Source: Candidatus Eiseniibacteriota bacterium (GTDB taxonomy: Bacteria > Eisenbacteria > RBG-16-71-46 > CAIMUX01 > VGJL01). Taken from it: a stretch of 64,000 bases of DNA. The position numbers and the translations under genes are program-made. This document shows, piece by piece, positions 10,401-19,365 of the stretch. The notes beneath the pieces are model-generated. The model was not told where the DNA came from. It was given only the letters and a program-made list of their open reading frames with translations, and did not search any database. Numbering within the stretch: position 1 is the first letter of the stretch; each line of letters starts with the position of its first letter. The stretch covers positions 736,001 through 800,000 of the forward strand of contig CAWBWI010000003.1 of NCBI GenBank assembly GCA_963792585.1, in the 5' to 3' direction.

Positions 10401-11595
10401 CCTCATCCGCGACCTTCAACGCGAAGTAGTAGAGGGTTCCGGCCGATAGCCCGGTGATCGTGAAAGACTCGGCCTGCCCGGCCGGCTTCGGGAGGGGCTC
10501 TCCTTCGACCTGCGTCGCGGAAGCCCAATTGGTACCGGTGATCGGCGTACCTGCGTAGCGCAGATCGTACGATGCCGCCTGGCCCGTGGTGCCGTCGTCT
10601 CCCACGGCGAACCAAGCGATTGTGACCGACTGCTGCGTCGCGGATGTGAATGAGAGCGTATTCACAGTCGAGGGCGGCGTCGTGTCCCCTGAAGGGGTCA
10701 CCGCGGAGGCTACGTTCGAAAGAGCGCTCCAGTTCGGGATTTCATCGGCAACCTTGATCGCGAAGTAGTACCGGGTCGCGGGGGCGAGGCCCGTCACGGT
10801 GAACGACTCGACCAGTCCTGCAGTCTTCGGGGAGGGTTCTCCCGAGACCGGCGTTGCGGAAGTCCAGTTGGACGCATCGATCGGCCAGGTTGCGTACCGC
10901 AGGTCATAGGTCGTCGCTCGGCCCGACTGCCCATCATCCCCGACGGCCGTCCACGCGAGACCAACCGACGTGGGCGTGGTCGATGCAATGCTCAGGTCCG
11001 TGACACTCGCCGGAGGTGTGGTGTCCCCCGGCGCCGCAGTCGTCCCGCTCGCGATGTTGGAGAGTCCGCTCCAGTTCGGCCCTTCGTCCGCGACCTTCAT
11101 CCCGAAGTAGTAAAGGGTCCCGGGACTCAAGCCGGTCACCGCAAAGGTCTCGATCTGGCCCGCGACTTTCGGCGCGGGCTCTCCGATGACCTGGATCGCG
11201 CTTCCCCAGTTCGATCCGGTGATCGGCGATGTCGAATAGCGGATGTCGTACGTAGACGCCTGGCCGTTCTGGCCGTCATCTCCAACCGCCGTCCATCGGA
11301 GGGTCGCCGAGGACTCCGTCGTCGCGTTGACGGTGAGCGTGGACACGTTGGCGGGCGGCGTGATGTCCCCGATTTCTCCCGTCGGGAAGATGTAGATCGG
11401 CGAGGCCGCCGGGGCGGTGAACACGAGTTCTTCCGCCAGTCCGGGAACGAGGCCGGTCACGACGGTCTTGTCCCCCTGCCGGACGTCGTAGGTCCTCTCA
11501 GGGGCGAGTCCGAAGACGTAGTGGTGGACCGCGGCGGAACTGGGGGCGGCGAGAAGTGAGAAAACCAGCACACTCCAGGCCACGGGGTGCTTCAT
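7390..11595 (-). CDS. Large secreted fibronectin type III repeat protein with T9SS/FlgD-like C-terminal domain
   Basis: GGAGG RBS, signal peptide MKHPVAWSVLVFSLLAAPSSA, about ten FN3 repeats (D..PP..V.DL...WTA.GDD...Y.F), and C-terminal PFPNPS...VYDLSGR...SGIYLLR. Confidence 0.9.
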   Translation of the reverse strand: MKHPVAWSVLVFSLLAAPSSAAVHHYVFGLAPERTYDVRQGDKTVVTGLVPGLAEELVFTAPAASPIYIFPTGEIGDITPPANVSTLTVNATTESSATLRWTAVGDDGQNGQASTYDIRYSTSPITGSNWGSAIQVIGEPAPKVAGQIETFAVTGLSPGTLYYFGMKVADEGPNWSGLSNIASGTTAAPGDTTPPASVTDLSIASTTPTSVGLAWTAVGDDGQSGRATTYDLRYATWPIDASNWTSATPVSGEPSPKTAGLVESFTVTGLAPATRYYFAIKVADEIPNWSALSNVASAVTPSGDTTPPSTVNTLSFTSATQQSVTIAWFAVGDDGTTGQAASYDLRYAGTPITGTNWASATQVEGEPLPKPAGQAESFTITGLSAGTLYYFALKVADEVPNSSGVSNSPSGRTPRAPDAWSPARVHDLQATLPTTNSVTLVWTATGDDSTAGRAAVYDVRFSTVEITEETWQTATQATEEPTPEVSGAGETFVVSGLLPGTQYFFALDVLDDDGNRSGLSNPGSAMTARPADGTPPLPVTDLSAASIAHRQIGLAWTAPADDDGDPVASYEGRMSEGPLDETTWESATLIPNPPAPGPPGGAQALTVIELEPATSYAFALRARDAEGNFAPLGSVLQVATTSAPDTLAPHRILDLAAINPTQSSVTLRWHAPADSIPADCVDAPEVDRYEIRFALVPLDGDGWDAGHAIAPPDPEAPGTLQQAVVTGLASDTRYYFAMRARDARGQWSETSNVAEQATQPQDGLPDAIAPGEIRDLALVSARPTTALIRWIAPGGDGLEGTADHYDVRRSDGQITAGKWDDAVPVLPIKPCAIVGTEESLQVDGLDPETEYYFALRAIDAAGNAGPISVSLSVVTPELPDTVAPAQVTDLADAGADTTSVTLRWTAPADDRGRCAAYDLRVSGETIDEANWNQAAAIDGLPSPTAPGEAESTRVTGLQPGTRLAFAVRARDAAGNLSAVSNVVWAETDTIPEPPSDQVPPAPVDDLAAAALSPTSIRLTWTAVGDDGDQGRATSYDVRRSSAAIDLAGWDAAIPVDVPFTPGLPGTVEFLTITGLTPDTDYHFAARARDEAGNLSPISVDGWAHTPLQDDTSPPSILSRPIAAGVEDRIEVAWDASIDPDVVEYVLYRREVGSGDRIEMAGLRATSYVDRSVEPDLIYAYAIAARDAAGNLSTPSPEAQASVALDAFLPVVTEMVVSTAAFDSALASGARTLRLRWSASSVDRFSGFAVERSDDRGVTWAPRTTELLDGTGPFLFEEALPPGEYLYRIVAVSPRGYERRFDPISVSWSLNPVVPSPTAIGEPFPNPSGGRFELPLTLARSGSVRVTVYDLSGRILRVLHQGDEDAGPHSYAWDGPAAASGIYLLRVEIEERAYTRKITVRK

Positions 11596-11658
11596 GCATG
11601 TCCTCCGGTGATGGGCTCTGGTTTCGGCCCTCAGGGCCGACGGCGCACCCCAGTCATC

Positions 11659-11674
11659 GGCAAGATGGAAGCCA
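11659..11674 (-). promoter_or_regulatory. Putative sigma54 (-24/-12) promoter of the FN3 gene
   Basis: Minus strand reads TGGCTTCCATCTTGCC (GG-N10-GC) about 65 nt before the ATG, with an AT-rich IHF-like stretch just upstream (11711-11735). Confidence 0.55.
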
Positions 11675-11877
11675 TGGAGTACGGGGATTTGGGGGGTGGG
11701 AAAATCGCCCAATTACTTGCGAAACAATGAGTTAGAACCGTCAGAATTCGACTGGAATCGGAGGTTTGGGTGCTGGCAGGCGGCCGGCATCGCATCCTGC
11801 GAGGTTTTCCGGGCAAGTCGCACGATGGTTGCCGACAATAGGGGGAGCGGGGGAGCGCACGCCGGCCGCCGGCCGGG

Positions 11878-11906
11878 TTGACGGCCCAACCCTCGAATGT
11901 TAGGCT
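11878..11906 (+). promoter_or_regulatory. Putative sigma70 promoter of the dac-dac-thyX operon
   Basis: TTGACG-17nt-TAGGCT with an extended TG. Confidence 0.55.
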
Positions 11907-11997
11907 GCCCGGGCCAAGGGAGTATCGCCTAACTCATTGAGTTTCAAGGATTGAGACGGATTCGGATCGCCGTACGGGTGGACCGGTCCAGAGGGAG

Positions 11998-13176
11998 GTG
12001 GCGTTGATCGGTGTTGGGGGACGCACGCACCCGTTTCTGAAGTTCATCGCCGCCGCAGCACTGATTCTGGCCCTCTTTCCGAACGCCGGTCTGGCCTGGC
12101 AAATCGAGACCGCACCCATCAAGGCCGTCTCGGCCATCCTCATCGAACCCTCGACCGGACAGGTTCTCTACGAGCAGAACGCCGACGTTCCGCGGGCTCC
12201 GGCCAGCATCGCAAAGACGATGCTCGAGCTGGTCGTCCTCGAGAAGGTCCAGTCCGGAGAACTGAAGATCGACGAACCGATCACCGCCTCCGCCTGGGCG
12301 AGCAAGATCGGCGGGTCGCAAGTCTATCTCAAAGAGGGAGAGGTCTTTCCCCTCGAAGACTTGATGAAGGCGATCGTGATCCATTCGGCAAACGACGCCT
12401 GTGTGGCGGTCGCCGAGCACATCGCCGGTTCCGCGGACGGCTTCGTCGACCTGATGAACATCCGCGCCCGCGAGCTGGGGCTGACAAACACGCGCTTCAT
12501 CAACGTTCACGGTCTCGACGACGAGCCCGGACAGGGGAACGTCACCACCGCACGGGACATTGCGAAGATCGCGCAGCACCTGGTCACGATGCCGCATGTG
12601 CTCGAGTGGTCGAGCATCGAGGAGGCGCCGTTTCGCGACGGGGCGTTCCTCCTGCAAAACACGAACAAGTTGCTTGGTCGCTTCCCCGGTTTGGACGGGC
12701 TCAAAACTGGCTACACCCACAAGGCGGGCTTCTGTCTCTGCGCAACGGGTGAGCGCAAGGGGCTTCGCCTGATCTCGGTCGTCCTCGGGGCCGAGTCGAA
12801 CAGGGCGCGGGTCGACGAGTCAGCGCGGCTGCTGGGCGCCGGCTTCGCGCAGCTCTCGTTGAGTCCCCTCTATGCCGCCGGCGATCCGATCCCCGGCGGC
12901 GTGCCGATCGCGCGCGGACGCCAGGCGCGGGTCGACGGGGTCGCGGGTGCGCAGCTGGCGGTGATTCTGCCCCGGCGCGCCGAGGTTCCAAAGGCCGTCC
13001 TCATTCCGAAGAAGGGGCTACAAGCCCCCATCAAGAAGGGGGACACAGTGGGCAGTGTGGAAGTCACGCTCGAAAACGGCGAGACGGTTCGCGCGCCGGT
13101 CCTGGCGGCGGGCGACATGAAGCGCGAGACGATCTTCCAGTCGATTGCGCGCGCATTCGGCGGAGGTCGTTCGTGA
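11998..13176 (+). CDS. D-alanyl-D-alanine carboxypeptidase (peptidase S11)
   Basis: PASIAK (SxxK), SAN and KTG motifs; PBP5 C-terminal domain. Confidence 0.93.
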   Translation: MALIGVGGRTHPFLKFIAAAALILALFPNAGLAWQIETAPIKAVSAILIEPSTGQVLYEQNADVPRAPASIAKTMLELVVLEKVQSGELKIDEPITASAWASKIGGSQVYLKEGEVFPLEDLMKAIVIHSANDACVAVAEHIAGSADGFVDLMNIRARELGLTNTRFINVHGLDDEPGQGNVTTARDIAKIAQHLVTMPHVLEWSSIEEAPFRDGAFLLQNTNKLLGRFPGLDGLKTGYTHKAGFCLCATGERKGLRLISVVLGAESNRARVDESARLLGAGFAQLSLSPLYAAGDPIPGGVPIARGRQARVDGVAGAQLAVILPRRAEVPKAVLIPKKGLQAPIKKGDTVGSVEVTLENGETVRAPVLAAGDMKRETIFQSIARAFGGGRS

Positions 13177-14375
13177 CGGCCCGGCGCTTCTTCCTGCGCC
13201 TCGCCCCGTTTCTCTTCGCCTTCATCGCCCTGGCGCTCGTCGCGCAAGACGCGGACGCCGCCCGAAAGCGGCGCCCGGTGCGCCGTCGCACGGCCAAGCG
13301 GAGCGTGGTCCGCTACACCGGCCCGAGCTACCAGTCCGCCCTGGTGATCGATGCGGTGAGCGGACAGGTCCTCTTCCAGAAGGACCCCCACGCGCCAAGG
13401 GCGCCGGCGAGCCTCGCGAAGATGATGCTCGAACTGCTCACGCTCGAGGCGATCCGCGCGGGCGATCTGTCCCTCTACGATTCGTTTGTCGTGCCCGCGG
13501 AGGTGAAGGCGATCCGGGGAAGCCGGGTCCGTCTTCGGGTGGGCGAGATGGTGACCGTCCGCGATCTGCTCGAGGCAACGGCGATCGCCTCCGCGAACGA
13601 CGCAGCGACCGCGCTCGCGATCAAGCTGGCCGGGTCGACCGAGGCCTGCGTCGCGCGGATGAACCGGCGCGCCCGCGAGCTCGGGATGGTCGAGACCGTC
13701 TACCACAACGTCCACGGGCTCGATCGCAGCGACGAGCCGGGCAACATCACCACCGCGTGGGATCTCTCGATCCTCGCGCGCCAGCTGATCTCGATGCCCG
13801 AGGCGCTCGAAATCTCGAGCACGGTCCAGACGACGATCCGCGGCGGCAAACAGGCGATCCACACGACGAACCGACTGCTCACGCAATGCCGGGGAGTCGA
13901 CGGTCTCAAGACCGGCTATACGGGCCGGGCGGGCTACTGCCTCGTGTCGACGGCCGAGCGGGAGGGGATGCGGGTCGTCTCCGTGTGTCTCGGCGCGCGC
14001 TCGAACCGCGGTCGCTTCACCGATTCGGCCGCGCTGATCGAGAAGGCATTCCAGCAGTGGGAGCGGGTACGGGTCGTCTCCAAGGGGCAGGACCTCGGAG
14101 AGGACCTCGAGGTCCGCAAGGGACGAGTCGATTCCGTTCGCCTCGTAGCGGGCTCCGACATCGATCTCATCGTGGACTCGCGAAGCAAGCCCGAGATCCG
14201 GCTCGCCGTGACGGCGCCTGGAAGCACCCGCGCGCCGGTTGCGGCAGGATGGACCCTCGGGAGCTTCCAGGTGATGCTGGGCGACAGCGTTGCTGCCGAA
14301 GGACCCGCCGTCGCGCGGGAAAAGGTCTCGCGCGCGGGCCTGTTCGATTCGATTCAAGACCTCCTGAAGCCCTAG
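13173..14375 (+). CDS. D-alanyl-D-alanine carboxypeptidase (peptidase S11), paralog
   Basis: PASLAK, SAN and KTG motifs; GTGA overlap with the upstream paralog. Confidence 0.93.
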   Translation: MTARRFFLRLAPFLFAFIALALVAQDADAARKRRPVRRRTAKRSVVRYTGPSYQSALVIDAVSGQVLFQKDPHAPRAPASLAKMMLELLTLEAIRAGDLSLYDSFVVPAEVKAIRGSRVRLRVGEMVTVRDLLEATAIASANDAATALAIKLAGSTEACVARMNRRARELGMVETVYHNVHGLDRSDEPGNITTAWDLSILARQLISMPEALEISSTVQTTIRGGKQAIHTTNRLLTQCRGVDGLKTGYTGRAGYCLVSTAEREGMRVVSVCLGARSNRGRFTDSAALIEKAFQQWERVRVVSKGQDLGEDLEVRKGRVDSVRLVAGSDIDLIVDSRSKPEIRLAVTAPGSTRAPVAAGWTLGSFQVMLGDSVAAEGPAVAREKVSRAGLFDSIQDLLKP

Positions 14376-14391
14376 CGGAGGGACTCTCGCC

Positions 14392-15927
14392 ATGGATGTC
14401 CGCCTGGCGGGACACAATCTCGATCGCGACCTGATCCTCAGCATCCGGTCCGCGTTGGAGCGGACCGCCCGTCTGCCGGCGGGTCTGTCGCCGGAGGTGG
14501 ATGCGGCGCGCGCGGAGGCAGCCGCGCTTCTCGAGCGAGACAACTGGACCCCCGAGACGCTGTCGGCCGCGTATGCCCGCATCAGCCGCGATCCGCGTCC
14601 CGTGACCGATCTGCGCGGAGTCGCGCGCGAAGAGGTCGACGCCGCCCGCAAATCGAACGAGACGATCATCTTCGGGCTTGGCCATGCATCGGTTGCGGAG
14701 CATGCGGTTTTCAATCTCGACATCCTCGGCGTATCGCGTCTGGCGATCGAGGAGATCGAGCGGATGCGCCTCTGTTCCTACACCGAGAAATCCCAGCGCT
14801 ACATCCTGCTCGACGAGGACTTCGTCGTGCCCGAGGAGATCGTGGCGGCGGGAATGGGGGATGATTTCCGCGTCCTGCTGCGCGAGCAGAACGCCTTCTA
14901 CCGACAAGCGTATGAGAGACTCCTGCCCTGGGTCATCGAGTCGAATCCTGAACTCGCGGCCTCGAAGAAGAACCATCGCACTCTGGAGGGCTTCGCGAAG
15001 GAAGACGCCCGCTATGGGCTGTCTTTGGCGACGACAGTCCAGTTGGGCGAGACGATCAATGCGCGCAACGTGGAAGCCCTGATCGCGCGGACTGCCGGAC
15101 ATCCGCTCGCAGAGCTACGTGCATTCTCGAAGAAGCTGTACGACGCCGTTTCGGGGATCGCGCCTTCCGTGATCAAGTACACCGAGCCGTCCGACGCGCG
15201 CGTGAGGACCCCGGAAGACCTGCGGGAATCGACCGCGAGCGCCCTTGAAGGGGTCTCCGCGGGACCCGTCGAGGAAGCGGTGGCGCTCGACATCCCCGAG
15301 CACGCGGAGACGCGGATCGTCGCGGCGATCCTGCACACGTACGGACGGGTCGACGCGCGAACGTGTTTCGCGAGGGCGGAGACGATGGGCGCGAGCGGAC
15401 GGGCGACGATTCTGCGAACCGCGCTCCGCCGTCTCGGTCCCCACGATCCGGTCCTGCGTGAATTCGAGCACGCCCATGCGACCTTCGAAGTCGTCTGTTC
15501 GGCCGCCTGCTTCGGGCAATTGAAACGCCACCGCATGGCGACGCTCACCACGCAGGGGTACGACCCGAAGCTCGGCGTGACGATTCCGCCATCGTTCGCG
15601 TCGACGGGCCTCCTGGAGCCGTTCGACGCGCTTCGCGAGAAGACCGAGGCGCTCCACGCCCGCGCTGCGACGGCGGCCACGCCCGGGGCGGCGGCCTACA
15701 TCCTGTTGAATGCCCATCGCCGCCGCGCGTTGTGGGGGATGAACGCACGAGAGCTCTACCACGTGGCGCGCCTGCGCTTGGACGCGCACGCGCAATGGGA
15801 CATCCGCAATCTGAGCGGGCGGGTGATCGATCTCGCGCGCGAGCGGATGCCTGGGATTCTCCTCCTCGCCTGCGGAAAGGATCGATTCACGGCGCGCAAG
15901 GCCGAGGTCTTCGGTCCCGAGGCCTGA
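14392..15927 (+). CDS. thyX: FAD-dependent thymidylate synthase, tandem two-domain form
   Basis: First half has GHASVAEH and SYTEKSQRY. Second half has REFEH, QLKRHR, NARELYH and AQWDIR. Confidence 0.85.
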   Translation: MDVRLAGHNLDRDLILSIRSALERTARLPAGLSPEVDAARAEAAALLERDNWTPETLSAAYARISRDPRPVTDLRGVAREEVDAARKSNETIIFGLGHASVAEHAVFNLDILGVSRLAIEEIERMRLCSYTEKSQRYILLDEDFVVPEEIVAAGMGDDFRVLLREQNAFYRQAYERLLPWVIESNPELAASKKNHRTLEGFAKEDARYGLSLATTVQLGETINARNVEALIARTAGHPLAELRAFSKKLYDAVSGIAPSVIKYTEPSDARVRTPEDLRESTASALEGVSAGPVEEAVALDIPEHAETRIVAAILHTYGRVDARTCFARAETMGASGRATILRTALRRLGPHDPVLREFEHAHATFEVVCSAACFGQLKRHRMATLTTQGYDPKLGVTIPPSFASTGLLEPFDALREKTEALHARAATAATPGAAAYILLNAHRRRALWGMNARELYHVARLRLDAHAQWDIRNLSGRVIDLARERMPGILLLACGKDRFTARKAEVFGPEA

Positions 15928-15931
15928 TGGC

Positions 15932-16288
15932 GTGAGCCGGTCCGCCGCCTACTTCGATGCGATTCAGGCGCACTGCCTGGCAAAGCCTGGTGCGGTCCTC
16001 GATCACCCTTGGGGCGAGTTCGCTTTCAAGGTCGGCGGGAAGATGTTCGTCGTCACCGGTAGCGGATCGCCGTTGCGGCTCACCGTGAAGGCGAGGCTGG
16101 AGGATCAGGCCGCCCTCTGCACCCATCCGGCGATCGAGCGCGCTTCCTACGTGGGCCGTTTCGGCTGGGTCACGGTGACCGTGCGGAACAAGGAGACGCT
16201 GAAGCTCGCGCTGGATCTCGTGGACGCGAGCTATCTCCTGGTGGCGCCGCGCGGGAGGAGGAAGGGCGCGAAGACGCGGCGGCGGTAG
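15932..16288 (+). CDS. MmcQ/YjbR family protein
   Basis: C...PGA..DHPWGE..FKVGGKMF, YVGRFGWV and VDASYLLV. Confidence 0.85.
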   Translation: MSRSAAYFDAIQAHCLAKPGAVLDHPWGEFAFKVGGKMFVVTGSGSPLRLTVKARLEDQAALCTHPAIERASYVGRFGWVTVTVRNKETLKLALDLVDASYLLVAPRGRRKGAKTRRR

Positions 16289-16307
16289 GTTTCGGGTGCC
16301 GAGCCGC

Positions 16308-17870
16308 TCAATCCAGCAGCACGACCTTTGCCGAAGCGGCGCCGGCCGCCTCCGGCCGCACGAAGTAGACGCCGCGCGGTAGGGCGCGGCCGGCCGCATC
16401 GTTGCCGTCCCATCGGAACTCGATCACATCGCGCGTCCCGTCGCCGATCGGATCGAGGCGCTTGATCCTCTGGCCTCCCGCGGCATACAGCTCGAGCGCG
16501 CTCGCGCCGCGGTCCGCGCGCGCACGCGTCCAGACGATCCGCGCGCCGCGTCCTCCGAAAGATGGCAGCACACGGAGCGCGTCTTCGACCGGTGCAGATT
16601 CGCCACCAATCCCGCCACTCGCCTCTTGCTTGAAGCGGCCGATCAGGAGTCCGCCGTTGATCTCCGAGGCGATGAAGATCCCCGAGGGGAAGAAGGGGTC
16701 CATGAAGCAGATCCCGTAGCACGTGCCCGTCGGCCCGTCGGTCGGATCACAGCATGGATCCGCAGGGCGGCTTCCCCAGCGGGTCGGGTGCTCGTACTTG
16801 CCCACCCACTCGGGGTGATAGGGATCGGTAAGGTCGTAGACCTGGATCCCCTTATTGAACCAGGCGCAGTAGCCGAAACGCCCGTTGACGTAGATGTTGT
16901 GGATGCTGTGACAGGTCTCATCGGCCCAGATCTCCGAGATCTGCGTCGGAAACTGGAGGTTCGCGATGTTCCAGATCCGGACGTGGCCGTCCTGCTTCTC
17001 GTCGCAGGTCGTCAGGAAGCGGGGATCGTCCAGGGGCCAGGCGGAGTGGGCGTGCAACTCCGGCCCGTTGTGGTGGAAGCTGGAGATCATCGCCGGCCGC
17101 ACGCCATCGCCGCAAGGTCCGGGGTCAGTAGGGCAGAGGGGGTCTCCATCTAGGATGTCCCATCGAGGCGGAAGCGTCTCTCCGAAGCGCGAGCGGGAGA
17201 CGTACATGATCCCGCCCCGCACGAAGACATCGTGGGCGTAACCGCTCGCCCCCGGTATGGGTCGCGTGTGCTCATGGCATAGCCAGCGGGGACGGATTGG
17301 ATCCGTTGCGATATCGTACATGTGGATCCCGCCACCGCAGGCGATGCCGGTCACGTACAGGATGCCGCGTTCATCGATGAAGAGGGTCTCGATCTCCGCG
17401 TCGTCGACGTTCGTGCATGGATGGTTGCACGAGCATGCGCAGAACTCGCTACGAGGAATCTCCCCGCGTACCACGGCGTGATATGGATCAGTCAGGTCGA
17501 TGATCTTGATCGGCCCGTGGCGCCCGGCCGCGTAGCAATAGACTCCCCGGACGGCGACGTCGACATAGGGATTCACATCGTTGACAAGAACGCGCGGAAT
17601 CGTCGATGCCCGCATGGGGTGGGAAGGATCGGCCAGATCGATCACATAGACCGAGTCGGCGCCCAGGATCGCGAATTCATGGCCGGTCGGATCGACGTAG
17701 GCGGCGCAGTCCCAGATCCCCACCCCCGGAGGGGAGTTCACAGGGTAGGCGCCCAGGATCGTCACGAAGAGGCTCTCCGCCCCAGCAGGATTCCACGGAG
17801 CGGCGCCCGCGGGAGACGCCACGAGTGTGAGGATCCATAGGCCCGCGGCTCGGAGCAGCTTGGATTTCAT
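16308..17870 (-). CDS. Secreted LVIVD-repeat / choice-of-anchor B-like protein with FlgD-Ig tail
   Basis: Signal peptide; YAHD, HAHSAW, TCDE and SIHNIYV motifs; repeated D.TDP..P; C-terminal WDGNDAAGRALPRGVYFVR. Confidence 0.8.
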   Translation of the reverse strand: MKSKLLRAAGLWILTLVASPAGAAPWNPAGAESLFVTILGAYPVNSPPGVGIWDCAAYVDPTGHEFAILGADSVYVIDLADPSHPMRASTIPRVLVNDVNPYVDVAVRGVYCYAAGRHGPIKIIDLTDPYHAVVRGEIPRSEFCACSCNHPCTNVDDAEIETLFIDERGILYVTGIACGGGIHMYDIATDPIRPRWLCHEHTRPIPGASGYAHDVFVRGGIMYVSRSRFGETLPPRWDILDGDPLCPTDPGPCGDGVRPAMISSFHHNGPELHAHSAWPLDDPRFLTTCDEKQDGHVRIWNIANLQFPTQISEIWADETCHSIHNIYVNGRFGYCAWFNKGIQVYDLTDPYHPEWVGKYEHPTRWGSRPADPCCDPTDGPTGTCYGICFMDPFFPSGIFIASEINGGLLIGRFKQEASGGIGGESAPVEDALRVLPSFGGRGARIVWTRARADRGASALELYAAGGQRIKRLDPIGDGTRDVIEFRWDGNDAAGRALPRGVYFVRPEAAGAASAKVVLLD

Positions 17871-17942
17871 ACGTCCACCTCTGCCCCTCATGATCGACCG
17901 CTCCGGCATCGGAACGAATCGGATTCTCGTTGGACCCGACCG

Positions 17943-18512
17943 CTATCGGATCAGTTTCACCCACGCCTTGAACGGATCGGTCGCGCAGTACTCGAGCATC
18001 TCGAAGACGACGGTCTCCACGCTGGTGATCTTCGCCCCCTCGGTCCCCATCCTCTGCAGGGCGATGTCGCGGTTGACGGGGGAGCGGGAGGAAACGGCGT
18101 CGGCGGCGATCTCGACGTGGAATCCCGCTTCGAGCAAGTGGAGGGCGGTCTGATGGACGCACACGTGCGTCTCGATTCCGCAGAGGATGACCTGCCGCCG
18201 TCCAAGTTCCTCGATCATGTTGCGGAACGGGTCGTCCAGCATGCAGGAGAACGACATCTTCTCGTAAGGCGAGAAGGGATGGACTCTCCCCTTCGTCGGC
18301 TCCGCTTCGGCCACGGCTTCTTGAATCCTCGGATCGGTCTCGCCGAGTCCCTTGCGGTACTGCTCGGTGACCAGGACCGGCGCCCCGACCAGCCGGAAGC
18401 CCCTCACCAATCGGCAGATCTGCCCGACTACGGCCTCCGCTTCGAAGATGGAGGGGAGGAGCCGGGTCTGAACGTCCACCACCACCAGAACGGCCTTCTC
18501 CTTGTGCAACAT
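17943..18512 (-). CDS. Isochorismatase-family cysteine hydrolase
   Basis: VVDVQ, TEQY..GLG.T, KMSFSC and GIETHVCV.QT. Confidence 0.92.
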   Translation of the reverse strand: MLHKEKAVLVVVDVQTRLLPSIFEAEAVVGQICRLVRGFRLVGAPVLVTEQYRKGLGETDPRIQEAVAEAEPTKGRVHPFSPYEKMSFSCMLDDPFRNMIEELGRRQVILCGIETHVCVHQTALHLLEAGFHVEIAADAVSSRSPVNRDIALQRMGTEGAKITSVETVVFEMLEYCATDPFKAWVKLIR

Positions 18513-18657
18513 CGGTGCCCTCCTGAACGGCCAAGGATACCATGTCCCCCTGGTCCGCCGCCTTCCGGTTGGGGTATGCTCCCAAGTAACTTCAGAATCA
18601 GACGGGGGCGGCAAGCCCGCCCGATCACCACGGTACATGTGGAAAGGAGACCGAAGG

Positions 18658-19173
18658 ATGAGTGTCCGTCCTGGCCAGATGGCACCCGATTTCAAGATGC
18701 AGGCGCTCGTAGGGACCGAGTTCAAGGACATTTCCCTGGCCGACTATCGCGGCAAGTGGGTCGTCCTGTTCTTCTACCCGCTCGACTTCACGTTCGTCTG
18801 CCCGACCGAAGTCACCGAGATCAGCCGCCGCCACAACGAGTTCACCGCGATGAACGCGGTCGTCCTCGGCGGAAGCACGGACAGCGTCTACTCGCACAAG
18901 GCCTGGACGAAGGAGATCGGACCGATCAACTACCCGCTCTTCGCCGACCTGACCCGCGATACCTGCCGCCGCTACGGCGTTCTGGTCGAGGAGAAGGGGA
19001 CCGCGTTGCGCGGCACGTTCATCATCGATCCGGAAGGCAAGCTCCGGTGGTCCTGCATCCACGACACCGGCATCGGCCGCAGTGTCGATGAGATCATCCG
19101 TGCGCTGCAGGCGTTGCAGACGGGCGAGCTCTGTCCGGTGAACTGGAAGCCGGGGGAGAAGACGCTCTCGTAG
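18658..19173 (+). CDS. ahpC: 2-Cys peroxiredoxin
   Basis: FFYPLDFTFVCPTE and ELCPVNW; AAGGAG RBS. Confidence 0.93.
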   Translation: MSVRPGQMAPDFKMQALVGTEFKDISLADYRGKWVVLFFYPLDFTFVCPTEVTEISRRHNEFTAMNAVVLGGSTDSVYSHKAWTKEIGPINYPLFADLTRDTCRRYGVLVEEKGTALRGTFIIDPEGKLRWSCIHDTGIGRSVDEIIRALQALQTGELCPVNWKPGEKTLS

Positions 19174-19307
19174 GTTCCGGGGAGACCCGTGAGACCGCGG
19201 ATTTTGGTGCCTTCTGCGGGAAGATCGACATCAAGCGAAGCTCGGCATCGAATCAAGATCGGCATCGGACCGAGATCGACATCGAACCGACATCGAGACC
19301 AAGCAAA

Positions 19308-19338
19308 GAGAGGGAGCCCCGGATCGGGACTCCCTCTC
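19308..19338 (-). terminator. Rho-independent terminator of the RRM gene
   Basis: GAGAGGGAG...CTCCCTCTC stem followed by TTTGCTT on the minus strand. Confidence 0.6.
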
Positions 19339-19365
19339 GCGCATTCAGCGCTGCGTGTCGGGTTC

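Noticed and set aside
7492..10449. 985-aa plus-strand ORF
   Set aside because: Antisense shadow of the FN3 gene; Arg/Gly-rich with no motifs, as expected in high-GC DNA.
12870..14723. 617-aa minus-strand ORF
   Set aside because: Antisense shadow of the carboxypeptidase and thyX genes.
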